Source: a virus (Duplodnaviria > Caudoviricetes). Taken from it: a DNA stretch of 64,000 nucleotides. Below, in pieces: positions 1 to 11,600 of the stretch. How positions within the stretch are numbered: the first letter of the stretch is position 1; every line of letters begins with the position of its first letter. The notes beneath the pieces were generated by a model, which searched no databases, was not told the origin of the DNA, and saw nothing but the letters and a program-made list of their open reading frames with translations. The stretch spans positions 32,001 through 96,000 of IMG/VR virus record IMGVR_UViG_3300021255_003843; one strand, 5' to 3'. A program made the translations under genes and the position numbers.

Positions 1-1947
1 AATTTTCATTAGTCCATATGCATTGGGGCCGGTAGCAATTGGTACATTAGCGACACCGTCGCTCACGATACTCGTTCCATCAATCTGTACATCTTGTACT
101 GGCGCTTCGTGTATATCTTCTAACGCCGGCGCTCCGATCATATTTCTGATAGCTGCTTTAGCTTCATCTGTGTAAGTACCAACAGCGTTATCTGATTGAG
201 ATTGCGTAATATCGCCAGCGGCCTTGGCTAAACCGTAGAAAGCTGATTCGTGTTGTCTACCAGCGATAATAGGTCTGAAAACATCTGTGCCTTGTTTTAT
301 AATTATTGAATTGGCTCCTGCAATTGCTAGCTGTTCAGTATTAAGCATTACTATGCCATTGCTTCCAACTACTTTGACAACACCGGCTTTATTCGTCGTA
401 GCGTAATCATCAAACTGTACATAATTACTCAAATCAATTGTCGCACTGCCGAACTGTTCCCACTTATTGTTCAGATATACCCATTCAATATACAGGTTGT
501 CTCCTTCACCACCTGGAACTAAATAGAAATAATTCCTGTCAGGTTCTGCGATCGTCGGTATACCGGTAGCGCTGTCGTATTCAGAAGCAGAGCAGATATG
601 GATCTTCATATTATCTACTAACGTAGCGATCTCTGCTTTATCGTCTTCTGTCAGATTATACGCATCGCCTTGCGGGCCTTGCGCTTCTACACCACTGTCT
701 ACATACGCATTTGTCTGCTGATTCCAGACATGCCACATACCGTTCTCGATCTTCGGACTGTGTGCTACAGCGGCTACTGCTGTATCTTTTGCGGCTTCAG
801 CATTACGCTGCGCCGTCTCTGCTGCCGTCTTTGCTGCGACGGCGTTATCTGCCGCCGTCGCAGCAGCAACAGCGCTGTCTTTAATATTATCGGCGTAGCT
901 CTTTGCTTCTGTCGCCGATCTCTCAGCGTTTGCCTGAGCGCTTATCGCTTTATTCGCCGACAAGCCAGCAGCTTCTTCACTATCTTGTGCGTCATCTGCG
1001 CTTTGCTTTGCCGACGTCATCGCGACCTCAGCTCGCTGAGCATAATTAAGCGCATCATCTTTCGCATCTAAAGCCGCCAACTTCGCTTGATCTGCTTTTT
1101 CAGCAGATTGCGCGGCTTCATTTGCTTTGTTCACTGCCGCCTGCTTTGCAGCTTCGGCGGCTTCCTTACTTTGCTGCGCAGCCGCCGCGTTCGAAGCGGC
1201 GGTCTGCGCGCTCGTAGCAGATTCTGTCGCGCTGTTAAGGCTTAACTGTGCCGCGTTGATAGATGTCTGAGCTGACGCTTTCGCCGCGTCTCGCGCAGTT
1301 TCAGCAGCAGCCTGTGCGTCTTCTGCTTTATCCTGCGCGGCTTCAGATTTAGCCTGAGCTTCTTCTGCCTTACGTTGCGCAAGCTCCGCCGCGTTCTTAT
1401 AATTCAAAGCGTCTTCAGCAGAATTGTTCGAAGACTCGGCAGACAACTGTGCGTTGTCTCTCGCAGCTTCGGCTTTGTTTTGCGCATCCTCGGCAGCTTC
1501 CTTTGCGGCAACAGCTTCAGATAAAGCTGTTGCCGTAGCTTCTACGTCTTCGCCGGTCTGCTTTACAGCTTTGTTTAGTTCGACGATTGCTTCTGCGATC
1601 GCCGTTTGTTCTTCAGGTAAAGGTTCTTCGTCGGTAATCGTAGCGCGGTTAGAGATCGGAATAATAATCTGCGCTACAGTTTCACCGCTTGTTTCTGTCG
1701 CATGCAGATAAAGCCATGCATATATTTCTTTGCCTGGCTGAAAGTATTCTCTTGGTATTAGTACACCATCAGCATTGCCGATCTGGGTTTTCGATTCGCC
1801 GTTGATCTCGTTGCTGAAATGTACCTCATATGCAGGCGGCAGGTCTACGCCGACAAGTTTCAGTATCTGGCCGTAGTTAAAACGGAACAGTGTTCGCGTT
1901 TTACAAAAGCTTGATTTGCCTATGTCGGCAACAACAATGTTATCCAA
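1..1947 (-). CDS. Tail/baseplate fibre-like protein with BppU-like N-terminus and long Ala-rich coiled coil (partial, runs off window edge)
   Basis: Not in ORF track. TTG start at 1947 after GAGGTG. Translates MDNIVVADIGKSSFCKTRTLFRFNYGQILKLVGVDLPPAYEVHFSN..., then an Ala/Glu/Lys-rich region; the same frame reads DVQIDGTSIVSDGVANVP...LMKI at the window edge. Confidence 0.7.
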   Translation of the reverse strand, partial: MDNIVVADIGKSSFCKTRTLFRFNYGQILKLVGVDLPPAYEVHFSNEINGESKTQIGNADGVLIPREYFQPGKEIYAWLYLHATETSGETVAQIIIPISNRATITDEEPLPEEQTAIAEAIVELNKAVKQTGEDVEATATALSEAVAAKEAAEDAQNKAEAARDNAQLSAESSNNSAEDALNYKNAAELAQRKAEEAQAKSEAAQDKAEDAQAAAETARDAAKASAQTSINAAQLSLNSATESATSAQTAASNAAAAQQSKEAAEAAKQAAVNKANEAAQSAEKADQAKLAALDAKDDALNYAQRAEVAMTSAKQSADDAQDSEEAAGLSANKAISAQANAERSATEAKSYADNIKDSAVAAATAADNAVAAKTAAETAQRNAEAAKDTAVAAVAHSPKIENGMWHVWNQQTNAYVDSGVEAQGPQGDAYNLTEDDKAEIATLVDNMKIHICSASEYDSATGIPTIAEPDRNYFYLVPGGEGDNLYIEWVYLNNKWEQFGSATIDLSNYVQFDDYATTNKAGVVKVVGSNGIVMLNTEQLAIAGANSIIIKQGTDVFRPIIAGRQHESAFYGLAKAAGDITQSQSDNAVGTYTDEAKAAIRNMIGAPALEDIHEAPVQDVQIDGTSIVSDGVANVPIATGPNAYGLMKI

Positions 1948-1965
1948 CGCCGTCACCTCTTTCGT

Positions 1966-2178
1966 TTATAAACCTAAAAGTATCCTTGCCGCTACAGCAA
2001 GTTCTGATTCTTCGGAGCTTTCTTCCTGCTCCGGTATTTCTGTTTCCGGTATCTCGTGCCAGTATTCAGGCTTGTCTAATTTAGCGAGCCATACTTCGGT
2101 AGAGTATGTCTGCCCGTCTGTCAGCACCATGCCTTCTTCAGCGATAAGATGTACCGGATCCTCATTGATAATGCGCAT
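1966..2178 (-). CDS. Small tail-associated hypothetical protein (ends ARILLGL)
   Basis: ATG after AAGGTG; acidic; C-terminus resembles 40774..40938. Confidence 0.65.
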   Translation of the reverse strand: MRIINEDPVHLIAEEGMVLTDGQTYSTEVWLAKLDKPEYWHEIPETEIPEQEESSEESELAVAARILLGL

Positions 2179-2188
2179 AGCTATCACC

Positions 2189-2281
2189 TTAAATTGTGTT
2201 CACGTCAGTGTCGAGCTCAGATAAAACAAGATCAAATGCGTAGGTGTCACCTCGCACCATGCTGATGTTTTCTTTGACCAA
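2189..2281 (-). pseudogene. 30-aa remnant of an RGDT-motif baseplate-type protein
   Basis: TTG...TAA reading MVKENISMVRGDTYAFDLVLSELDTDVNTI; looks like the start of a longer domain that stops abruptly. Confidence 0.35.
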
Positions 2282-2286
2282 TATTC

Positions 2287-3117
2287 TCACCCCGCATAAA
2301 TATCTTTGTATACATCGTTCAGTTTCGTCCACGTCTGTCTGCCAACAATGCCGTCAGCTTTCAGGCCGTAAGCTTTCTGAAACTTAACAACGGCATCTTT
2401 GGTCTTCTTGCCAAAGATGCCGTCCACACTGCCGCAATAGTAATCGACAGTATTCAGCATATTCTGTAAAGCCGCCACGTCTGTGCCGGTGCTGCCTTTT
2501 TTAATCGTCCTGCGTACAACAACGTCAGGATCGATATCAGGCTTTGCCGGTTGATAGCCTTGCTTCTCTAATTCTTCCGCTACTTCTTTGCGAAGCCGCG
2601 CCATCGTGTACTGCTCCCAAGCTGTACCTTTCTTCCCCCACCAATGATTCACATCAGCGTGGTTGCTGGCACATTTCATTCTGTGCAGCTCAGCATGACA
2701 ACGTATATTCTCAGGATCGATGCCGAACTTCTTGCACAGCTCTACGCAGAGCCAACGTACGCAGCAATACAGGTAGGCCGCTGCAACGTCGGTGTCTTTG
2801 CTTTTCGAAGGCTCGCAGATTTCAAACCCGACGCACCAATCGTTTGCGTTGCCTTTGCTTCCTTTGCCTGATAACCAGGGCCGCACATTCCAATCAAGGG
2901 TCTGCATAATGCCGTTCGTATCGATAATGGCGTTCGCACATTTCTCGATTGTGCTGTTGTTCCACCTGCGCCATCTGTCACGGTTCGTGCCCTTGCAGCC
3001 TACGCTGTGAACCTGAATGCCCGTCGGTGTCCTGCGCCTGTCCGCCTTGTAGCAACGGTTCTTTGTCATAAAGTATTCTTCTATAGGATATAACTCGTTT
3101 GGTTCAAAGTCTCCCAT
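2287..3117 (-). CDS. Endolysin: N-acetylmuramoyl-L-alanine amidase (Amidase_2-like) + C-terminal PG_binding_1 domain
   Basis: IQVHSVG, GFEICE, HAELH...NHAD Zn-amidase motifs; C-terminal GxDVxxLQ...DGIFGxxTxxAVxxFQ...DGIVGxxTW. Confidence 0.9.
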   Translation of the reverse strand: MGDFEPNELYPIEEYFMTKNRCYKADRRRTPTGIQVHSVGCKGTNRDRWRRWNNSTIEKCANAIIDTNGIMQTLDWNVRPWLSGKGSKGNANDWCVGFEICEPSKSKDTDVAAAYLYCCVRWLCVELCKKFGIDPENIRCHAELHRMKCASNHADVNHWWGKKGTAWEQYTMARLRKEVAEELEKQGYQPAKPDIDPDVVVRRTIKKGSTGTDVAALQNMLNTVDYYCGSVDGIFGKKTKDAVVKFQKAYGLKADGIVGRQTWTKLNDVYKDIYAG

Positions 3118-3122
3118 TGGGA

Positions 3123-3557
3123 TCACTCCTCGATCCAATACTGCGGCGTCACATTAGGCGACCACACAACCGGGAAGTTATCAGGTGCGGAGCATGTATA
3201 CACCTTGCCTTCAAACGTCACCTTATCGCCGTCGTAATACCACTTGCCTTCTACATATTCGGCAAGCGCTTCGTCTTCTTCATCCTCAGGATCCTTCTGA
3301 AGCTCCGCAACTGCCGCCTCTAAAGCAGAGATACGCTTGCCAAAGGCGGCAAGCGTATCTGCTACGTTGATTATTTCTGCAATGCTGTCCGTTGCTTTCG
3401 CCCTCGCTTCCGCGTAAAGCGTAGCCCTTTCTTCGTCGGTCAACTTGCCTCGTATATGATAAATGTCGATCTTATGCAGCATCTCTTCCAAAGAGGTGAA
3501 CCCCTCATCGATTGCTGCAGAGAAATCGGCCTTTACTATATCGCTCATATTGTTCAC
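3123..3557 (-). CDS. Virion-associated protein with C-terminal CBM5/12 (ChiC-like) domain
   Basis: YVEGKWYYDGDKVTFEGKVYTC...WSP...W pattern. Confidence 0.65.
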   Translation of the reverse strand: MNNMSDIVKADFSAAIDEGFTSLEEMLHKIDIYHIRGKLTDEERATLYAEARAKATDSIAEIINVADTLAAFGKRISALEAAVAELQKDPEDEEDEALAEYVEGKWYYDGDKVTFEGKVYTCSAPDNFPVVWSPNVTPQYWIEE

Positions 3558-3560
3558 CCC

Positions 3561-5816
3561 TTAAGAGAATGTTATTGTCGCACCAGTGCTAAAGCTTATA
3601 ACATGTGGTGTATTGTTTGTCGTGCTGTAACTACCAACATAACTAATGTTGACGATGCCGGCATCAGCCTTAATCCCATATGATGCAGAACCAAGACCAG
3701 TGATGTTACCGCCATCTATTAGCTTGCCGCCAGGCCCAAGAACATAACATTTTGTAGCTGTGATATGTGCGCTGCTTGCATGAATAGGACGTCCTAAAGA
3801 CAGCGATGCCTGGAAATTCTTTTTTGAGTTAGTAACCCAACCAGGAATATTAACACCAGAAATATCTATAACGTCGCCAGCCTCAATGCATTTCGGTACA
3901 TTTAACGCAGTTCTCGCGCCTGCCGCTGTCGTTTGGCCGGTGCCACCTTTGCCGATCGGCAGCGAACCGCTGAAGTTCGCTGCCGTAATATCGCTTGTGA
4001 AAGCCAACTGTTTCCACGCGCTGAATGTCGGCGAACCGGATGTGTTATACGTATGCATGTACCTGATATATATACCGCTTAGATTATAAGTGATATACAT
4101 CTGGTACATGTAACAGTTCGTGCTCTGCGCAATCGTCACAGAGATCTCGTCTTTAGCCGCAGATCCGACAACAAGCTTACCTGTCAGATCGCACGGCCTG
4201 TTAGCCAGTGAAGCCGCGATTGTATTAGACTCAATAGTATACTCACCAGGAACAGTGTAGCTGTTTAGGTTAGCGCCAGACGGAATCTTGCCAATCATCA
4301 CACTGTGAGGTTGCAGCAATCCGCCGTACGCTCTGATACGCCACGAATCGTTGACAGCAAAGATGTTCTCTTCGTCAAGCGCCGCTCGGCCTACGGCAAC
4401 AGAAGTGCCGCCATCTCTGAAGTGCATAACGTATGTCGCTGTAGGGATAGAAGTAATTGCCGTCGCCGTATTGCCAACCTTGTCATCTACAGTTACCTTG
4501 ATGTTGTAGGAAATATCAGGGCTAAACGAGATTGTGTCACCATTACCGATTAGGAAAGACGTATTACTCGTAAACGTTTTGCCGGCATTCTGATAAGCGA
4601 CATCACTCAGCTCCTTGAAGTAGCTAGCGGTTGTTACACCATTCAGATTGTTGACATCGGCAAATGTATATGTAACTGTTACCAGAGCATACTGGCCCTG
4701 ATCGTTCATTGTTTTATCTTCATTGCAGCGCTTCGCTGTAAGCGAAGAAATCGTCGGCTTAGCGTACGCGTATACGGTGATATTAGTGGTTTTAGTTACT
4801 GTCCTGCCGCGAGAGTCCGTGACAAGAGCCTGCAGCGTTATCGTGCCACTCGATGTAAGCGTCGACGTCTGCGCGGTATAGGTAGTGCCACTGGCTGTTC
4901 CGTTCGCTGTAGATCCCCAGCCAGAGAACACGACGCTCGTAATCGTACTACCGTACGCACCGGCAACGTTAGCTAAAGATAAGTTTGCTGTGCTGTAGCC
5001 TTGAACAAACGTACTCGCCATAGAAGCATCAGCACCGGTTGTTACCGCAGTAGCAGATAACGTTCCGGCGGTAGGCACAACCGACGCCGGAACGTTGATC
5101 GTAAACGTGTATTCATTTGAACCCATCAACGTTGAACCATTGTAGGTTTGAAGAACAACCTTGCCAGTTCCGCTCGTCGCATTTGTAATGTATTGACAAA
5201 CAGACAATGGATAGCTGCAGCTTGCCGTGGTTGTACCAGCGGCAAGCGTCGTTGGGCCAGATATAACCGTATTGTTTACGTACCACGTGACCTTATGGGT
5301 ATAAGATGCATTACTTGGATTTATGTTTAATGTTACGGATCCAGAGCCGGCATCAATAGATGTAACGCTCGTTGTACCAGATGAAGCCGGTAGCTCATAC
5401 GTGATCGTAAGAGATATGCTTGACATATAGCAAGACATACTTCCAGATGACGACGAGCTTGAACTCGCGGGGCTTGCGCATTGAAACGAAAATACAATAG
5501 ACAAAGATGTGCCTATTGTTGAAAACCATGATAAGACATTGACGCCTGACTGATGGTTTCCATTAACAACATACGTTACACCATTGGCTTTAACTTTAGA
5601 TGTCGATTGCGCTGTTGTTATTTTGAAAGTAGCTGCCGTAGCTCTGCTGCCGGATGGTATGTCGGATAAATCAATTAAAACTGTTTTTGTCGCAGTAGAC
5701 GGTGTAGATGGATTAGTCCATGTTACAGCATCTGTATCAGGATCTACATTGCCTCTATTGTATTTCCATGTAGATTTTAATGTAAAACTATCTATTTTCT
5801 TAGTTACGCTTGGCAT
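3561..5816 (-). CDS. Minor tail / receptor-binding protein (DUF859-like, knob-like C-terminal region)
   Basis: Ser/Thr-rich beta protein with VTDSRGRT, YxxP, RC motifs, then a LNSYTVPGEY...YIRY...W module and LPIGKGGTG. Confidence 0.7.
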   Translation of the reverse strand: MPSVTKKIDSFTLKSTWKYNRGNVDPDTDAVTWTNPSTPSTATKTVLIDLSDIPSGSRATAATFKITTAQSTSKVKANGVTYVVNGNHQSGVNVLSWFSTIGTSLSIVFSFQCASPASSSSSSSGSMSCYMSSISLTITYELPASSGTTSVTSIDAGSGSVTLNINPSNASYTHKVTWYVNNTVISGPTTLAAGTTTASCSYPLSVCQYITNATSGTGKVVLQTYNGSTLMGSNEYTFTINVPASVVPTAGTLSATAVTTGADASMASTFVQGYSTANLSLANVAGAYGSTITSVVFSGWGSTANGTASGTTYTAQTSTLTSSGTITLQALVTDSRGRTVTKTTNITVYAYAKPTISSLTAKRCNEDKTMNDQGQYALVTVTYTFADVNNLNGVTTASYFKELSDVAYQNAGKTFTSNTSFLIGNGDTISFSPDISYNIKVTVDDKVGNTATAITSIPTATYVMHFRDGGTSVAVGRAALDEENIFAVNDSWRIRAYGGLLQPHSVMIGKIPSGANLNSYTVPGEYTIESNTIAASLANRPCDLTGKLVVGSAAKDEISVTIAQSTNCYMYQMYITYNLSGIYIRYMHTYNTSGSPTFSAWKQLAFTSDITAANFSGSLPIGKGGTGQTTAAGARTALNVPKCIEAGDVIDISGVNIPGWVTNSKKNFQASLSLGRPIHASSAHITATKCYVLGPGGKLIDGGNITGLGSASYGIKADAGIVNISYVGSYSTTNNTPHVISFSTGATITFS

Positions 5817-5825
5817 TTAATCACC

Positions 5826-6830
5826 TCAATTCTGATCGCCGACATAGATTAATGCCATGCCTGTATCCGTAGGAACAAACGCAAATTTACCAATTCTGAA
5901 TCGCGTCTGGATAACAGCTTCTGTTATTTGCAAAGCCTGATTGCTGATCGATGCAACCGGTGTACCATTCTCGTTAAAAGCAAGCTGTTCATTGGAAAGG
6001 TCCATTGTAAATGGGCTATTGCTTTTACCCATATGAATACCGTTCTGGTCAAACGTTTGCCATGAACTTGCTTTATCGGTATATTCCTTTGCACCAGCGT
6101 ATGTATTTGTAATGTTGTCAAACTGAATTTGCACAGAATCATTATACTGTGAAATGCTTGTCGATATTTCCTGGGTCATTGTATCTTTGACGCCAGCCAA
6201 ATCGCTTTTATATTTCGTACTTTCTGTAACCGTTGTAATCAGCGCGTTTGGTTCCGTAATTGTTTCAGTTCGCGACACACGCTCCGCAAGCAGCATTGTT
6301 TCTTCATCGCTGTCTTCAGGCGCTGGACTCCAGTCAGACGCTACGTCGCCAAGCTCAAGCATACTTCTGTACAATAACAGATCTCCTGCAGAACCGCTGC
6401 CACTGTACGTTGGCGTAATCGTAATATATTTTGTTGTCGGATTAGGATTGGCAATTTCTATCTTTACCCAGCCGTCGTCTGAATCAAGCTGCTGTGTTTT
6501 AGACAGGCCAAGCATATTAATATTAAGCGACATGTCTGTCAGTGCTTTTGCCCAGACAGTATAAATATATTTGTCTTCAACGTGTGGCAACGTACCTAAA
6601 CTGTACGTTGCCCCGCTGAACTTACTCAACTGTAAAACAGAATCTTCTGAACCGTCAGGCACTTCTGTACCAAGCCGAGCGTATTGCGCGTTTGGAAAAT
6701 CTGTAGAGTTTGCAATACCATGGTAGTTATCGTTGATCATATCAGAAGAGTTGCGTATATAGTTTCTGCCGCCAGAACTACCGTCCTGCAAATCAGTAAT
6801 TGTAATCGAACCAGTGGCAATGATCGCCAT
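5826..6830 (-). CDS. Minor tail protein
   Basis: GGRNYIRNS...LELGDVASDWSPAPED module, coiled coil, C-terminal beta region; tail-module position. Confidence 0.7.
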   Translation of the reverse strand: MAIIATGSITITDLQDGSSGGRNYIRNSSDMINDNYHGIANSTDFPNAQYARLGTEVPDGSEDSVLQLSKFSGATYSLGTLPHVEDKYIYTVWAKALTDMSLNINMLGLSKTQQLDSDDGWVKIEIANPNPTTKYITITPTYSGSGSAGDLLLYRSMLELGDVASDWSPAPEDSDEETMLLAERVSRTETITEPNALITTVTESTKYKSDLAGVKDTMTQEISTSISQYNDSVQIQFDNITNTYAGAKEYTDKASSWQTFDQNGIHMGKSNSPFTMDLSNEQLAFNENGTPVASISNQALQITEAVIQTRFRIGKFAFVPTDTGMALIYVGDQN

Positions 6831-6842
6831 ATGATCACCGCC

Positions 6843-8690
6843 TTACTCTGCTTCGCACACAAATACTGTCTTATTTGTCACATCGGCGTCTGTAACATAG
6901 ATTACTTTACCAGTAGCCCAGGCAGCGCCATCATCCATGGCGTTGCCATCCTTGTCACGCCGATACCATTTATAGGTTTTTGTGTGTTTATAGGTTGCAT
7001 TACTTGTGACATCAGCCCAAGTGGAACCACTATATCTCATCAGTTTGGTTGTAGCTCCAGTGCTTTGGATCTGATAGTAATAATCTCCAGTAGCGGCGGA
7101 AGACGGATTCGTTTTCGAGTAGGTTGTGCTCTTAGGAGCGTCAACCTCCTGTCCATTCTGCCACAACCTGGCAATCAGAACAGTGGTTCCAATAGCGTTC
7201 TTGAACACATCGCCAGCAGTAGAATCAACTTCAAGCTGATAGTTATCCGTCTTATCAATCAGCGTAATAATATCAGTATAAGTTTTGGACTTATACGTCA
7301 TCTCACACTTGAAGCTGGCTTGACCTGTAACGCTCGCACCAGACACAGATAAAGAAGAACCAGTTTGTCCGCTGATAACAGTCCAAGAGCCGCTGGAATA
7401 CTGATACCATTTATAGGATGCGCCGGATGTAATTGCCGTAGATCCATCGTAAGCCTGGGTCTGAATCGTCTTAGTGCCAGTCTGGTTCGTAAACACTGTG
7501 CCATTAGGCGCATATAAAGAGAATACGATAGCGTTTTGCCCTGCATTGCCGGTAGCACCAGTATTGACCTTGCTCCAATGAATAATCAAATTGGTTTTCA
7601 CGGGAGCGGTGACGGGTACAACGAGCTCTCCGTTTTGCTCCGCGCTGCCGCCAAGTTCGGCGTTCGCGCTCACAGTAATTGTCAAAGGTATTTCGCTAGA
7701 AGCTGCGCTGCCTGCAGTAACTGTCATGCCAGAAGGCGCGCCAGTTACTATGCCAACAGTAGGTGTTACCTTGGTAGTTCCAGTATAAGCCACAACATTG
7801 CAGTTGGCAGTAGTTGCAGCTACCTTGCCTTGATAATTAGCCGCAAAGGTAATTGACTCGTTGGTTAAGAAGACGGTAGAAGCAGACGCGCCAGGATTGC
7901 CGTTGGTGCCATTGGTACCGTCTTTAACTTTGTAAATACTGATGACGTCATATACATTAGCGTCAGTAGTAGAAGCTTTGATTGTAGCAACGTTGCCGTT
8001 AAATACAGCGTGGCCCGGCTTCACATACAACGTACTTGTAGTGATAGAAGTGTTGCCGTCGCCGGTGGGATAAGAAACGAAGTTGCCAGAAGAATTCTTG
8101 TACTGCCAAGTGATTGTACCAACACTGCCTTGTGTATTGGCGGTTAGCTGAATCTGCGTAGGCGTCGGAGTATCAGGAGTTGCCTGCTCATACTTGAACG
8201 TCTGTTCACCGCTGATTGTCACAAGCTTAGCGTTAGTCCCGTTTGTTCCGTTAGTACCAGTTCGCACCAGTGCGAAAGTAATATCTGCAGAGGCCGTCGT
8301 ACTCAGACCAGTATCAGGATCTTGATAGGTAACATTTGCAATATAGGTTAACAGGTTGCTCGTAATGCCACTAAGCTTGTTGGCGGTAACAGTCAATACG
8401 TTTCCGGATGCAGTTTCGCCAGTGGTCAGTCCAGTGTCAGCACTCGTTCCTTCTTTGCGCCGCCACTCAACAGATAGGTGCTCGTTATCTACAGAAATAG
8501 CTTCATTGTTCGCGTAGACAGTAGGCGTTAACACCAGATTAGTAGAGGCCCAGTTAGGAGAAAACTGATTAGAAGAAGCATTTACATCATAGATCTGGGT
8601 GCGAGGAAGGTTGCTGCCAATATATACTGATATGGATTTACCATCAGAAAGGTCAATAATCGTTTTTGAACCAGTTGCTATTATAGCCAT
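6843..8690 (-). CDS. Tail protein with Ig-like repeats
   Basis: Repeated W...CE/ITxxDxxDG beta modules with GTNGTNG linkers. Confidence 0.7.
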   Translation of the reverse strand: MAIIATGSKTIIDLSDGKSISVYIGSNLPRTQIYDVNASSNQFSPNWASTNLVLTPTVYANNEAISVDNEHLSVEWRRKEGTSADTGLTTGETASGNVLTVTANKLSGITSNLLTYIANVTYQDPDTGLSTTASADITFALVRTGTNGTNGTNAKLVTISGEQTFKYEQATPDTPTPTQIQLTANTQGSVGTITWQYKNSSGNFVSYPTGDGNTSITTSTLYVKPGHAVFNGNVATIKASTTDANVYDVISIYKVKDGTNGTNGNPGASASTVFLTNESITFAANYQGKVAATTANCNVVAYTGTTKVTPTVGIVTGAPSGMTVTAGSAASSEIPLTITVSANAELGGSAEQNGELVVPVTAPVKTNLIIHWSKVNTGATGNAGQNAIVFSLYAPNGTVFTNQTGTKTIQTQAYDGSTAITSGASYKWYQYSSGSWTVISGQTGSSLSVSGASVTGQASFKCEMTYKSKTYTDIITLIDKTDNYQLEVDSTAGDVFKNAIGTTVLIARLWQNGQEVDAPKSTTYSKTNPSSAATGDYYYQIQSTGATTKLMRYSGSTWADVTSNATYKHTKTYKWYRRDKDGNAMDDGAAWATGKVIYVTDADVTNKTVFVCEAE

Positions 8691-8694
8691 ATAA

Positions 8695-11600
8695 TCACTC
8701 CTCGGAAGTTAATTCGCAATCATATGTGGCACTATAATACACATCGAGTGTCGTTACGGTGATTGACTTCACACCATTATGATTGCTGTTCCAAATGTCA
8801 TCGGCCATACTGTCAGCCGATTTACGTTTCCATTGAAAACGTGACGCCGGTAAATCGGCTGTCACGTTTTGATTGCCGTGCCACACTCTGGCACTTAATG
8901 TAGTTGACGTCACATTAGAAGATAGAACATCAGATGTAGATATAATCTCTATCCTATAGCCGATCATATCATCTACGTCGTCTTTTGTTGCGTAATTCTG
9001 AGCATCGTCTTTTGTAACGAAGTGCTCCGTCTTCTCGACGGCGGCAATGATCTGATCGTCTGTAATAACAATAGAAGCAATCTTGTCGTTGATCTCGTCT
9101 TCGAGATTCTGCACGACAATGTTGATTGATTTGTTTGAAGATATATCAAGCTCTTCGCCGAAGCCGGGAGCAATGTGATTGGTAGTAATGGAGCCAGCTT
9201 CGATACGTTCAGCAGAAAGATAGCCTGTCGTGATCTCGTCGGCCGTGAATCCGTTGCCGTCGCCGAACGTACGCCAGGCCCAATCTCCCCACTCGTCTTT
9301 ACTCGACGCAATAGCAAATCCATTGCCCGTTAGCGTCATTGCGCTGTTGCCATCGGCAGACACGAATACCATGTTGCCTCGATCATCGGTGTACCATGTA
9401 GACGAGCCGCCTGTAATCAACAGTTTGTTTGCGTCGATCTTGCCTTCAAGCCTCTGCGCCGCGATTGCGCCTGTCTCTGTGATAGCGCTCGCTCGCTCAT
9501 ACAGACCCATACGGCCCTTCGCTTCGCTTGACACTTCCGCAATATGTGTCATTACGTCAGTGAAGCTATGCTGTGTAATCGTCGTCAAGTTTGTGTTGAT
9601 GGAGATTTTAGTTTTCCATGGCAGGTCATAACACTTCTGGATCTTGTCTACAAAAGCCCAACAGTTAATATTAATGTCAGGATCAACAAGGTGCGCCGCA
9701 CTTTGTGTAGAAATATCCGGCCACAAGATCTTGTATTGCTCGCCAGTGACACTATCCTCAAAGCCGTCCATGTTGCTGCCATACAGATCAACATAGTTGA
9801 TGTCATACTTCGCCTCAGGCTTCGACAGCTTTTCTAAATTATCTAAGGCATCGTCATACAGCTTCTGCTCGTCGCCGTCAACGTAATCATTCTTCTGCCA
9901 GTAGCCTTCACGATAAAGATCGCCAAGCTCTGTCTTCAGAGCGTTCTCTAATTCCTTTACGTCATCCTGCGCTGATTTGAGCGCGGGATAACATACGCCG
10001 TAAGCTTCGTCGGCGAGGTCTGCAAACTTCTTTGTCAGCGGCGTAATGCCTTTCAGCTCGCCGCTCGGTACAACGTTCTGCAAAACGACATACGTCTCAT
10101 CTTCTTTTGTGATGATCTTGTTCGCCACGTTCGGCGTCGAAATCGTCACAGCATCAGCAGTGATTACTCTGTCGCTGACGATACGTATATACTTCGTGCC
10201 GCCAACAACCAGATCACCGACCTCAGTCACATGTGTCTGTCCGTAGGGAGTGACGACGCTGCCACCCATTCCATATACTGTTTCATAACCAAGATACCTG
10301 CGCTCTTCGTCATAGTAGTAGACATCGAGATCGCCGTTGTATCCGTTGAAAACATACTCTGTATTCACGTATGCTCTGATAAAACCGGTACGGTGTTTAG
10401 CGTTGTCTTCAACATCGCCGCCGCTGCTCTTGTCGATTGTGCCAACTTCTTGAGCAGACATGCCGGCCAGAATGTTATCCGCATGATAGTTGACGTTATC
10501 GAAACGATACGCTTTCGTTTCGATAACGGTTTCAGCGTCTTTGACCTTCTGCGTGATTGTGCTGACGGTTGAATCATAGGTCAGTGTGTCGCCGGCATTC
10601 AACGTATCTTTTGTCGTGAACACCCAATAATTGCCGTAACCATTTTCAAAAGCGTAGTTACCGCTCGGTAATTCAGCGTCCGCAGTATAGGTATAGTTCT
10701 GATAGATACCTTTGATGTATTTATCTCTCGTCTGCCCGGCGGCATACACCGTACCAAACAGAGCAGACATGCGCTTGTCGGCCACAGTTTCCTTCTTGGC
10801 AGACCACGCGCCGCTCTCTTTGCGATACAGTAAAGATTTTTTCCAGTTGAACCAATAATCGCCAGGCGAATCCGCAGGATCCACGCTGTCTACGATGACA
10901 CGTTTCCATGCGGTATCGCCCTTGTCCGCCCAGCAGAAATAAAGTTCGGAAGGTGTCGTGTTGCCTTCGTACCACTTCCACCACCAGCCATAGCCGTTAA
11001 GCGACAGCGCAGAATGAGACGGTTCATCCTTCTCGTAGTACAGAGGATGTTTCACCGTCACTACTTTCACAGCTGTCTCGGCGGCTTGCTGCGTCGCCTC
11101 GTCAGCTGTTTCGTATGCGCCAAGCAAACCATTGACATTATGCTGTGCAAATAAATATACGCGATAAGGAACTGATTGTATATATTTACAATCATTAGAT
11201 GTCAGCCAGAGCGTCAGCACGCTCGGGTTCTCCTCATCGTCTATTTCTTTTAAGTAGGACTTTTCATACTTCAACGGTTCGCCGTTGTAAGGTTCATATA
11301 CAATATAAACAACCGATGCAATATCGTGCACCGGATCGCCATTGCCTTTTAATTCCGTGGCTACCCGCCACTTGAATTGTTTGTCTTCCTTCTTCGTGTA
11401 ATCTGTCCTGTACATGACACCTTTTGAGTAATCGTTCGTGTTCAGGTTCAGCTTTACATGCCCGTCCTGCTCTTTCACGATCGTGCAATCAAGCTTGCAG
11501 AAATCAACGGAGCCAATCGTCTCAGACAGCGATGTGATCGCGTTGGCAAACTCCGTCGCCTTTGTATTGACGATCTCCATATACTCCGGCGCTTTCATCT

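Noticed and set aside
1948-3560. Holin next to the endolysin; also DGR, integrase or CRISPR elsewhere
   Set aside because: No transmembrane ORF near the lysin, and no reverse transcriptase, recombinase or repeat-spacer array recognised in the window.
6831-6845. Stop readthrough fusing 6843..8690 with 5826..6830 (in frame, 12-nt gap)
   Set aside because: TAA stop and the downstream gene has its own GGCGGTG RBS; frame match has a one-in-three chance.
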